DNA from: Abditibacteriaceae bacterium
GTDB taxonomy: Bacteria > Armatimonadota > Abditibacteriia > Abditibacteriales > Abditibacteriaceae
DNA: 54,229 bases
Assembly (NCBI GenBank): GCA_031425655.1
Contig: JANPJS010000069.1
Coordinates: forward strand, 1-54,229
Direction: 5' to 3'
Shown here piece by piece: positions 19,612-28,757 of the stretch (positions are counted from its first letter, which is position 1; every line of letters starts with the position of its first letter). A program made the position numbers and the translations under genes. Below the pieces are notes generated by a model. It made no database searches. It saw nothing but the letters and a program-made list of their open reading frames with translations, and was not told where the DNA came from.

Positions 19612-21690
19612 ATGAGAACACGTAGAAAGAGCCTCGAAAATTTGTATTGGTCGCAGTTGCCGTTGATGCGTGTTTCCGGGCAAAAGCTACTCGACGCCGC
19701 TTACTCACTGGCTAATCGCACCAGCCCCAATCTCGTTAAAGCTATGGTGGATATGGTTCTCATCGCGCTGGCTGCGGTGTGGACGTGGTTTGTGTGCTTC
19801 AGTCAGGTGCCGAATCCTCCCGATCCTCTGCCGTCCATCATCGTGGTTTTGTTGGCGCGATTGCTGATTTACCGCGCTTTCGAGCTTTACAGAATGTCAT
19901 GGACGCACGTTTGCCGCCACGATGTGATCCGTTTGGGAGTCAGCGCCTTGGTGGGTTCACCGTTCATTTTGCTGTTGTTCATGGTGTTGCCCGATCCTTT
20001 TTCTTTGCAAGGCACAACGCGGCCCCATCTTCTTTTGATTACCGAGGCGGCCTTTTACACGCTGTTATTGGGTAGTGCGCGCATTGCCACGCGCACTTTG
20101 GCCGAAGCGCGGGGCCGCAAGCGTATCGGACAACGCCGCTTGCTCATATTTGGAGCCGGCTCGACAGGCCGGTCGCTGGCTTATCAAATTCAACAAACAG
20201 CGCGTGACGAATATGATCTGGTTGGCTTCTTGGATGACGAAACGCAACGCCAGCAACGCAGCGTGCATGGCTTTCCGGTGCTGGGTGCGCTCGAAGAATT
20301 GCCGAGATTCGCGCGCGATTATGGAGTTCAAGACGTTATTATCGCCATTCCCAAGTTGGCTCCTGAGCGTTTGCGCGAATGCCTTCGCCTTTGCCAGTCC
20401 GCGCAAGTGAGCGTGCGTATTTTGCCGGAACTGCGCCAGATTATTGGAAAAGCGCAATTCACGGCGCTGCGCGAAGTGCAAATGGAAGACTTGCTGCCGC
20501 GTCCCGAAGTCAAGTTAGATCGCGCCGTTATCAGCGATTACGTTGTGGGACGCACCGTTTTGGTGACGGGCGGCGGCGGTTCCATCGGCGGCGAGCTGTG
20601 CCGTCAGGTGCTGGATGCCGGCGCGGCGCGTTTATTAGTGCTGGGACGCGGTGAAAACAGCGTTTTTGAAATGGCGCAGGAACTGAATGAACGCAGCAAA
20701 AATCTTTATCCGGCTTACACCGAAGCAGATTTCAGTGCGAGTAATGGCCATTCCCAGAACGGCCACGCTCAGAACGGGAGTTCTCCCGGCAAAACGCCCT
20801 GCGAGATTATTCCCATTATTTGCGACGTTCGTGATCGTGCAGGTTTGGAGAAGGTTTTCGAGCGATTTGAGCCTCAGGTCGTCTTCCACGCCGCTGCCCA
20901 TAAGCACGTGCCGCTGATGGAAGCCTTTCCCGCCGAGGCCATCAAGAATAACGTCATAGGAACGCTGAATTTAGTGCAACTGGCGTGTCGGAGCGGCATT
21001 GAGCGCTTCGTGATGGTTTCCACGGATAAGGCCGTGAACCCGACGAACATCATGGGCGCTTCCAAGCGCATCGGCGAAATGATCGTCAAAAGCTATGCGG
21101 CTACTCACAGCGCCAACATGGTCTGTGTGCGCTTTGGCAACGTGCTGGGCAGCCGGGGCAGCGTGGTGCGCACCATGCAGAATCAGATTCGCCGTCATTT
21201 GCCCGTCACCATCACCGACCCGGAAATGGTGCGCTTTTTCATGACGATCCCCGAAGCCGTGCAGTTGGTTTTGCAGGCCGGCGCGCAAGGCGGCTGCGGC
21301 GAAGTTTTCGTGCTGGATATGGGACATCCCGTGCGCATTCTCGATTTGGCCTACGATCTGATTCGTCTCTCCGGTTTGGTGCCGGAAGAAGATATTCCGA
21401 TTCGCATCATCGGACGACGCCCCGGCGAGAAGATGCACGAAGAGATGCTGACGACCAATGAAACGCAGTCCGCTTCCAAGAGCGGCGCTTTCTTTATCGC
21501 TCCGCCGCAAGCCATTGATCAGGACGCTTTGCTCGAATCCATCGAAGAACTGCGCCAAACCGCCGCTTTAGGCGATACGGCGCGGGTTATCTCGCTGGTG
21601 AGGGAATTGGTGCCCGCCTATAACCCTGATTACAATCCGGATAACGCTGCACACGCTGAACTCGCCGCTGAGCGGCTTGGCCAGGATTAA
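19612..21690 (+). CDS. pglF: Membrane-bound UDP-GlcNAc 4,6-dehydratase (CapD/WbpM/PglF family)
   Basis: N-terminal TMs, GAGSTG, EDLL.R, TGGGGSIGGEL, HAAAHKHVPLME, STDKAVNPTNIMGASKR, RFGNVLGSRGSV. Start approximate. Confidence 0.92.
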   Translation: MRTRRKSLENLYWSQLPLMRVSGQKLLDAAYSLANRTSPNLVKAMVDMVLIALAAVWTWFVCFSQVPNPPDPLPSIIVVLLARLLIYRAFELYRMSWTHVCRHDVIRLGVSALVGSPFILLLFMVLPDPFSLQGTTRPHLLLITEAAFYTLLLGSARIATRTLAEARGRKRIGQRRLLIFGAGSTGRSLAYQIQQTARDEYDLVGFLDDETQRQQRSVHGFPVLGALEELPRFARDYGVQDVIIAIPKLAPERLRECLRLCQSAQVSVRILPELRQIIGKAQFTALREVQMEDLLPRPEVKLDRAVISDYVVGRTVLVTGGGGSIGGELCRQVLDAGAARLLVLGRGENSVFEMAQELNERSKNLYPAYTEADFSASNGHSQNGHAQNGSSPGKTPCEIIPIICDVRDRAGLEKVFERFEPQVVFHAAAHKHVPLMEAFPAEAIKNNVIGTLNLVQLACRSGIERFVMVSTDKAVNPTNIMGASKRIGEMIVKSYAATHSANMVCVRFGNVLGSRGSVVRTMQNQIRRHLPVTITDPEMVRFFMTIPEAVQLVLQAGAQGGCGEVFVLDMGHPVRILDLAYDLIRLSGLVPEEDIPIRIIGRRPGEKMHEEMLTTNETQSASKSGAFFIAPPQAIDQDALLESIEELRQTAALGDTARVISLVRELVPAYNPDYNPDNAAHAELAAERLGQD

Positions 21691-21809
21691 CGGGCGCTGC
21701 CGGCAAATGTGTCGTTCGACACCGCACAAAGAGCGGCTTTGATCCTCCTGCCATCGCCTCCTTGATAAGTCTTCTCATTGATTTACAGTCGGTGAGTTCC
21801 GAAATAGTG

Positions 21810-21818
21810 TGCTATAAT
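21810..21818 (+). promoter_or_regulatory. Extended -10 sigma70-type promoter element upstream of wza
   Basis: TGCTATAAT (TGn + perfect TATAAT) in an AT-rich intergenic gap. No good -35. Confidence 0.55.
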
Positions 21819-21834
21819 TTATCTGAATTGGGTT

Positions 21835-24165
21835 TTGCTTTATGCTCAACATTGTGTCAAGCCCCAAGCAAAACCGATAACGAACGACGAAGGTTTAACC
21901 ATTGTGAAGTTGACAATCCGCTCCAAACAGTCGGGAGAAGCGCGCCCGGCATTCTCCCCATTCTCCCGCCTCGGCACCTCCTTGATCGTGAGCCTCGTGA
22001 TGATGACACAAATCTTCACGGGCATTGACGTAGTTTTCGCTCAAAATACCAACCCCTCGCGCGCATCGCAGGAAGAAGTTTTGGCCCCCGACGATGTTCT
22101 GGGCATCACCGTTTTGGATCATCCGGAATTCAGCGTTGATAATGTCACCGTCGGCTCCGACGGCAAGATTCAGTTGCCTTTAACCGGAAGCATTTTCGTG
22201 GCGAAAAAGACGCTGCGTCAAGTCACCGAAGCTGTGCGTAAGGCGCTTTTGAGAGAATTGCGCGATCCTCAGGTCACCGTCACTTTAAAACTGGCGCATC
22301 CGCGTCGTGTTTTCGTGCTGGGCGCTGTGGTGAAGCCGGGCATCTATGAAATCAAGCCGGGCTGGCGCATCACCGAAATCATCGCGGCGGCGGGCGGCTT
22401 GGCCGTACGTCCCGAACTGGCCGAAGCCGCTTTCACTCGTGGACAACAAGCGCCCAAGTCGCTTGACATCGCTCGTATTTTAGCCGTCGGCAGTGATCCC
22501 TCGAATGTCCTGCTCAAAGAAGACGACGTGGTGCGCATTTCTTCGCGCACTGTGCAAGTCAATGTCGCGGGGCAGGTTAAAAATCCGGGCAGTTACGATT
22601 TGCCCATCGGCAACGGCGTCGTCGAGGCTATCGCCATAGCGGGCGGGCCGACAGAACGTGCCGCGAAAACGCAAATCACGGTTAAGCATTTGGACGGCAC
22701 AGTCCAAGCCGTTGACTTGGCCAAGCTGATGGCACCGGGCAACGCGGCCCTCAACTTCGCTTTGAAAGCCGGCGATCTGGTTATGCTGCCGGAATCGCGG
22801 GCGCACGTCACGGTGCGCGGCGCCGTTCTCAAACCGGGCTACGTGGACATTCCCGACGGCGAAGTTTTGCGCGCCACCGAAGCCATCGCTTTAGCCGGAG
22901 GCGCCACAACTCAGGCCGCGCTTTCCAAAGCCAGCGTGACTCGGCAGGACGGCACGGTTATTCCCGTTGATCTTTTCAAAGCTCTGGTGCGCGGCGAAGC
23001 GGGGCAAAATCCGCAGCTTCAAGATGGCGATGTCGTTGTGCTGCCGGAATCGCGCACGCACGTTACGATTCGCGGTCTGGTGACGAAGCCGGGCTACGTG
23101 GACATTCCCGATGGCGAAGTTTTGCGCGCCACCGAAGCCATTGCTTTAGCCGGCGGCGCCCTGCCTTTGGCTGCACTTTCCAAAGCCACGATAACGCGTC
23201 TGGACGGCACGGTTACGCCCATTGATCTTTATAAAGCTCTGGTGCTGGGCGACAAAAACAGCAATGTGGTGTTGACGGCAGACGATGTGATAGACATTCC
23301 CAAATCTATCGGCATTACGGTTTTAGGCAATGTGGCCAAGCCCGGCACTTATACCGTTGAGGCCGGCACGGCCCTTCTCTCCGACATATTGGCTTTAGCC
23401 GGCGGGTTGAACATTAAGCCCGAAGACGCGCGCATCAATGTTTCCCGCACGCTGGCGACGGGCAAGCAGATCATCTTAAATCCGGTCGCGCTGTCGTTAG
23501 TCAATGCGCGCGATTCGTCGCAGAATGCGGTTATCATGGATGGCGATTTGGTCACGGTAACGTCTGCGGAATCGAAGAAAGTCATTATCAGCGGTCAGGT
23601 GCAACGTCCCGGAGAGTATGAACTGAACGAAGGCGACAGCGTGCCCGAATTGATCGCGCGTGCCGGCGGCCCGACGCTGGCCGCAGCTTTATCGCGGATT
23701 TCGGTCACTCCGCTCGGTGGCACATCGCAAACCGTGGACGCTTATCAAGCCGTGCAAACCGGGCAAAAATTGAATTTCCCTCTTGGTAAAGGCGATTTCG
23801 TCGTCGTGCCGGAAAATAAGCGCACCGTGGTTATTTTAGGCGCCGTGAACAAAGCGGGCGCGATTCTCATCCCGGAAAAAGAGACTTTAACGCTGGCCAC
23901 GGCTTTAGGTTTGGCGGGGGGGCCTCAAAAGGAAGCCGCAGTCAAGGAAATTGGGATTTTTCGTAAAGACCCAACTTCGCCGACAGGCCAATCGGAGAAA
24001 CCGCTGATTGTGTCGCTGCAGCAAAAGAAAGGCGGCCCGTCGGCTTTAAATATGCCGATTGAAGAGGGTTCGGTTATTTATGTGCCCGAAGGCAAGCAAT
24101 CCTCAACGATTTGGAGCAAAATTAGCTCGCTGGCTTCGGCGGCGTTAGCTCTCACCCGTTTTTGA
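21835..24165 (+). CDS. wza: Polysaccharide export protein (Poly_export + seven SLBB-like repeats)
   Basis: LAPDDVLGITV..V..DGKIQLPL.G.I export domain followed by 7 'V.V.G.V.KPG.Y...AGG' units. True start may be downstream of TTG 21835. Confidence 0.88.
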   Translation: MLYAQHCVKPQAKPITNDEGLTIVKLTIRSKQSGEARPAFSPFSRLGTSLIVSLVMMTQIFTGIDVVFAQNTNPSRASQEEVLAPDDVLGITVLDHPEFSVDNVTVGSDGKIQLPLTGSIFVAKKTLRQVTEAVRKALLRELRDPQVTVTLKLAHPRRVFVLGAVVKPGIYEIKPGWRITEIIAAAGGLAVRPELAEAAFTRGQQAPKSLDIARILAVGSDPSNVLLKEDDVVRISSRTVQVNVAGQVKNPGSYDLPIGNGVVEAIAIAGGPTERAAKTQITVKHLDGTVQAVDLAKLMAPGNAALNFALKAGDLVMLPESRAHVTVRGAVLKPGYVDIPDGEVLRATEAIALAGGATTQAALSKASVTRQDGTVIPVDLFKALVRGEAGQNPQLQDGDVVVLPESRTHVTIRGLVTKPGYVDIPDGEVLRATEAIALAGGALPLAALSKATITRLDGTVTPIDLYKALVLGDKNSNVVLTADDVIDIPKSIGITVLGNVAKPGTYTVEAGTALLSDILALAGGLNIKPEDARINVSRTLATGKQIILNPVALSLVNARDSSQNAVIMDGDLVTVTSAESKKVIISGQVQRPGEYELNEGDSVPELIARAGGPTLAAALSRISVTPLGGTSQTVDAYQAVQTGQKLNFPLGKGDFVVVPENKRTVVILGAVNKAGAILIPEKETLTLATALGLAGGPQKEAAVKEIGIFRKDPTSPTGQSEKPLIVSLQQKKGGPSALNMPIEEGSVIYVPEGKQSSTIWSKISSLASAALALTRF

Positions 24166-24260
24166 GATGCAAGTCCGTAACGGATTGAGCGCCGGGAAGT
24201 GATAGATGATTCCCGGCTGAAGCATTCGATAAAGGTAATCCATCTGCAATCGCGCCGCGT

Positions 24261-26615
24261 GTGACGGCAGAATATACGAATATGAACGATAACACGGAAC
24301 GTGATTCTCTGGTTTCTACCACCACCACGGCCAACGGCTCACCCAATCCTGAGTTCAACCGTTTGGCGGTTGACGATTCGCGGCAGTTCGGCATGGCGCA
24401 GCCCGCGCCGATGTTCCGCTCCGCGTGGAATATGGGTGCTGGCGAGGAAACGGATTTAAATCCCCGTCAGGTTTTGGCGGTCTTTTTCCGGCGCTGGAAA
24501 ATCATGCTGGCCACGTTTTTGACGGTTGTGCTTTCCGTCGCCGCTTATACCTTCACCACGACACCGATTTATCAAGCCGAAGCTTTGGTTGAACTGGAAC
24601 AATCGAACGGCTCACAGCTCGGCAATTTCGACGCGGCTATGCCGTTCTTAACCGAGATGATGGGCGCTAATCAGCAAGTCTCCCAAGATACCGAGGCCGT
24701 TATCATTCGCAGTTCCACAGTTCAGGACGCCGCCGTGCTCCGGTTGGCGCCGCAACAGCGAAAAAGTGTTGATCCCACGTTCGTGACCGTGGCGACATTG
24801 CCTCACACCAACTTATTGAAGATTTCCGCGAAGAACTCCAACCCGAAGACAGCCGCGACTCATGCCAATGCCGTTTGCGATGCCTATATTGATCGCAGTC
24901 TCAAGAAAGCGCGTGGTCAGGTTGGTGTTGCTACCGATTACGTGCGGGATCAACTGGTTATTGTGCGCCGCGACTTAGATCGCGCACGCACAGCGCTGCG
25001 ACAGTTCAAAGAGAAAAACAACACCGTTGATCCGGGCGCCGAATCGTTGGATATGATCAAGCGTTTGGGCGACATCGAGTCGGAACTGAAAATGGCCCGC
25101 GCCGAATACGCCGGCCAGATGGCCCAAGCCGCGAAGTATGCGGCCATGTCTCGTGGCATGGCGTCAAACATAGAATCGGCCTCAACTATAATTGTTCCCC
25201 AATACGTTACAGATTTAAGAGCGCGTCTGAGCCAACTTGAGTTGGAGAGGGGGCAGTTGCTGGTCACATATCAACCTACGAGCCGCAAAGTGCGTGATAT
25301 TGACAGGCAAATTGCCGCCGTCCGCCAGCAACTCAGAAAGCCGATTAAGAGAGAAACTCAGATTTCAAGGCAAGACCCCAACCCGGTGCGCATGAGCATC
25401 ATCCAGAAACAAGCCGAGGCCGAAGGGATGATTTTAGCGGCGGGCGCTCGTTCACAGGCATTGCAGCAGGCTTCTAACACTTTGCGGGGCCAGTTGGGGC
25501 AATTGCCGGGTCGTCAAGCGCGGCTTAGCCAGCTTATGAGCGATCTCACGACCGAGGAACAAACCTACGCTTTGCTCAGCGAGAAGCATCAAACCCTGAA
25601 ACTCAGTGAAAACGCGCGCCAGGCCAACGCCGAAGTCATCGAAAAAGCTAAGGTGCCGATTGACCCGATTAAGCCACGAAAACTCATCAATCTCAGCCTG
25701 GCGATAGTGATGGGCTTGGTCTTAGCAGTTCTTTTGGCGGCTGTCGTCGAGCGGTTGGATGATCGCGTGCATTCGGGCGAAGAAGCCTCGGACATCACGC
25801 AACTGCCCGTTTTGGCTTATGTGCCCTTAGTTGAAGGCGAGCGCGACAAAATGCTGGTTTCCACGGCCACTCAAAATCCTTTGCTGCGCGAAGCGTTTCG
25901 GATGCTGCGCACCAACATTTCGTTTATGGCCATAGACGCGCCGATTCGCTCGATGGTGGTCACCAGCACGCAGCCGGGCGAAGGAAAATCCATTAGCTCG
26001 GTCAATTTGGCTATCACGGCGGCTCAAGGCGGCGAACAAGTGATTCTGGTGGACTGCGACCTGCGCCGACCTTCTTTGCATCGCATTTTCGACCTGACCA
26101 ACAAAGTCGGCTTCACCAGCGTGGTTTCAGGCGCCAGTTCGCTCGAAGATGCTCTTCAGCAGACCAATGTGCCCAATTTGCGCGTATTGACCAGCGGCCC
26201 GGTGCCGCCGGATTCTTTTGCGCTGCTGAAATCGCGCGCCGGACGCGCTTGTTTTCAGCAGCTTGCTGAAGCTGCCGATTTCGTTGTTTTAGATACGCCC
26301 CCGGCTTTGGTGATGACGGATGCCCAGCTTGTCGCTTCGGTTTCGGATGCGGTTCTCTTCGTGGTTTCGACCAAAGAAGCCTCGAAACGCGATGTCGCCC
26401 GCACGCGCGATTTGCTCACGCAAACAGGCGCCAGCGTTTTGGGCATCTTGTTCAACAAGATGTCAGCGGGCGGCGGCGGCTATTATGGTTATTACAAATA
26501 CCAGAATTACAGCCATTACTTCGATTCCCAAGAGCCGAGCGAAGACGATGAACACGAGCCGACAGCCGCGATTGAGGAAGCTCACGGATCATCGAACGGC
26601 AACAAAAAAGCGTAA
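24261..26615 (+). CDS. wzc: Polysaccharide co-polymerase / BY tyrosine kinase
   Basis: Two TMs flanking a coiled-coil, EAFRMLRTN, Walker A PGEGKS, DCDLRRP, DTPP, Tyr cluster YYGYYKYQNYSHY. Alternative start ATG 24282. Confidence 0.93.
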   Translation: MTAEYTNMNDNTERDSLVSTTTTANGSPNPEFNRLAVDDSRQFGMAQPAPMFRSAWNMGAGEETDLNPRQVLAVFFRRWKIMLATFLTVVLSVAAYTFTTTPIYQAEALVELEQSNGSQLGNFDAAMPFLTEMMGANQQVSQDTEAVIIRSSTVQDAAVLRLAPQQRKSVDPTFVTVATLPHTNLLKISAKNSNPKTAATHANAVCDAYIDRSLKKARGQVGVATDYVRDQLVIVRRDLDRARTALRQFKEKNNTVDPGAESLDMIKRLGDIESELKMARAEYAGQMAQAAKYAAMSRGMASNIESASTIIVPQYVTDLRARLSQLELERGQLLVTYQPTSRKVRDIDRQIAAVRQQLRKPIKRETQISRQDPNPVRMSIIQKQAEAEGMILAAGARSQALQQASNTLRGQLGQLPGRQARLSQLMSDLTTEEQTYALLSEKHQTLKLSENARQANAEVIEKAKVPIDPIKPRKLINLSLAIVMGLVLAVLLAAVVERLDDRVHSGEEASDITQLPVLAYVPLVEGERDKMLVSTATQNPLLREAFRMLRTNISFMAIDAPIRSMVVTSTQPGEGKSISSVNLAITAAQGGEQVILVDCDLRRPSLHRIFDLTNKVGFTSVVSGASSLEDALQQTNVPNLRVLTSGPVPPDSFALLKSRAGRACFQQLAEAADFVVLDTPPALVMTDAQLVASVSDAVLFVVSTKEASKRDVARTRDLLTQTGASVLGILFNKMSAGGGGYYGYYKYQNYSHYFDSQEPSEDDEHEPTAAIEEAHGSSNGNKKA

Positions 26616-26729
26616 ATCAGGCCGCTCTGGCCTGATTGCATTGACACGGCTTGCACGGCCTGATTTGGTGGTTTTTCCACAATGAACGTGAGTCGTTAAG
26701 CGGCAAGAGCCATAAAATCGTTTGACTTT

Positions 26730-28757
26730 TTGCCGGCATTGAAGAGGATTTCACGTTTGTTAGCGCCTCGCTCCATCGTTCGTATCCTGCAAAAAGGCCC
26801 GCGCGTCTTAGCTTATCGCGCCTTGCAGGCGGGCACCTTGTCCGTTTTGCATTCCAGCGGCTACTGGCCGCGTTTGGAGCATCGCGTCGGCGCATTCTGG
26901 TCGAGCCGGCGCATCAAGCAGTGGCTCGACCACGCGCGGCAAGACACATTACTAATTGGCCCCGCCAATTTGAATGCCGTGCGGAACTGGGCCAAGAATC
27001 AGGAAGAATGGCGGGGCGCCGTCGGCGATTGGGCGCACGCCGTTGACAGCGGACGCATTGCCATTTTCGATCAAGAATTCACGTTCGATACCGATAATAT
27101 GCCGTGGCACACCGATTGGCGCTACGCGCATCGCTGGCCGCCCGGCTATTATCACGACTTCAACTTCTACGTTGCCGATAAGGCGCAGCCGTATGACGTG
27201 AAATTCCCGTGGGAACTTTCGCGTTTTGCCTTTCTATTGCCGATGGCGGAAGCATCGGTGCTGGGAATCCACGATTACCGCGCGTGGATTGCTTCGCTCG
27301 TGGCCGATTGGGAGAAAACCAATCCCGTCGCGTTTTCCGTCAACTGGTTTCCGATGGAAGCCGCGATGCGTAGCATTAACTTGGCTTTGGCGACGCAAAT
27401 GTTGGCCTCAGACGACAAAACGACTTCCGAGCAACTCGCGCCTCTGCTGCGCCAATTGACACTGCACGGCGAGTTTCTATTTCGCACCCTCGAATACACC
27501 GATGTGCGCGGCAACCACTACGCGGCGGCAATCGTGGCCCTCGTGCTTTTGGGCACGACGCTTGAGCCATTTTACAAACCGGCGCGGCGTTGGCTGGATT
27601 ACGCCGCGCCGCGCATCACCTCGGAAATCGAGCTGCAATACTGCGCCGACGGTGTGAATTTCGAGAAATCCGTCGCTTATCACCGGCTTGTGACCGAACT
27701 CTTCTTATTGAGCGTGATGGCTTTAGAAAAAGCGGGCCGCGACGTGTCGCCGACGGCACGCGAGCGATTGAAAAAAGCGTGCGTTTATACAATGTCTTAT
27801 ACGCGACCGGACGGCCAGACGCCGAATTGGGGCGATAACGACAGCGCGCGAGTTTTAGGTTTCGAGCCGCGTTTGTTGCGCGATCACCAGGCTTTATTGA
27901 CTTTAGCCGCCGCTTATTTTGACGAGCCGGCCTTCAAAACATCCGAAACTTCCGCCGCGATTCCGTGGCTGCTCGGCGAAAATGGCGTGCGAAGTTGGAA
28001 TCAATTGCCTGACGCCGGCAACAAATCGCAGTCGCGCTGGTTCGAGGCCGGAGGCATGGCCGTTTCGCATCACGAAGGGCATTATTTCTTTGCCGATTTT
28101 GGTGAAGTTGGGCAAAAAGGGCTGGGCGGTCACGGTCACAACGACATTTTCAGCTTTGAGCTAAGTTTAGGCGGCGTGCCGATTGTGGTTGATGCCGGCA
28201 GCCCGGTTTACACCGGCGATTTGGCCATGATGGCGCGTTTTCGTGGCACGGAATCGCATAACGGCGTGCGCGTGGATAGCGAAGAAATCGCGCCTTTATT
28301 GGGCACATGGCGCATTTCCAACGTATCGCAACCACATAACGTGACTTATCAAACCAATGACCAATGCGATGTCATTCAAGGCGAACATCGCGGTTATGCT
28401 CGTTTGGAGGACGCGGTGACGCACCAGCGCACGCTGACTTTCTACAGAAAGCAGGGTCGTTTGCATTGTGCCGACGTGTTACGCTGTGCCGGTGCCCATC
28501 GCGTCGAGCAACTTCTGCATTTCGCGCCGCAAATCGCGTTGAATCTGCGCGAAAATGACGTGAGTATCAACGCGCCGGGCGGCGTATGTGCCGTTGTAAC
28601 ATGGTCGCCGGGCACGCGGGCGCGATTGGAAAAAGCGCAGGTCAGCGACAATTATGGGCATCTGGCGGACAGCCAGGTTTTAGTTTTAGAGCAGAATATC
28701 ACCGGCGAAACTCAACTTGATTTTGAGATCGCGCTGGAAAGGCAAACGAATCCGTGA
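26730..28757 (+). CDS. Heparinase II/III-like protein (copy 1)
   Basis: DVKFPWELSRF, GNHY, DGVNFEKSVAYH, GDND, GHGHND, DAGS..Y, FRGT.SHN. No obvious signal peptide. Start uncertain. Confidence 0.87.
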   Translation: MPALKRISRLLAPRSIVRILQKGPRVLAYRALQAGTLSVLHSSGYWPRLEHRVGAFWSSRRIKQWLDHARQDTLLIGPANLNAVRNWAKNQEEWRGAVGDWAHAVDSGRIAIFDQEFTFDTDNMPWHTDWRYAHRWPPGYYHDFNFYVADKAQPYDVKFPWELSRFAFLLPMAEASVLGIHDYRAWIASLVADWEKTNPVAFSVNWFPMEAAMRSINLALATQMLASDDKTTSEQLAPLLRQLTLHGEFLFRTLEYTDVRGNHYAAAIVALVLLGTTLEPFYKPARRWLDYAAPRITSEIELQYCADGVNFEKSVAYHRLVTELFLLSVMALEKAGRDVSPTARERLKKACVYTMSYTRPDGQTPNWGDNDSARVLGFEPRLLRDHQALLTLAAAYFDEPAFKTSETSAAIPWLLGENGVRSWNQLPDAGNKSQSRWFEAGGMAVSHHEGHYFFADFGEVGQKGLGGHGHNDIFSFELSLGGVPIVVDAGSPVYTGDLAMMARFRGTESHNGVRVDSEEIAPLLGTWRISNVSQPHNVTYQTNDQCDVIQGEHRGYARLEDAVTHQRTLTFYRKQGRLHCADVLRCAGAHRVEQLLHFAPQIALNLRENDVSINAPGGVCAVVTWSPGTRARLEKAQVSDNYGHLADSQVLVLEQNITGETQLDFEIALERQTNP

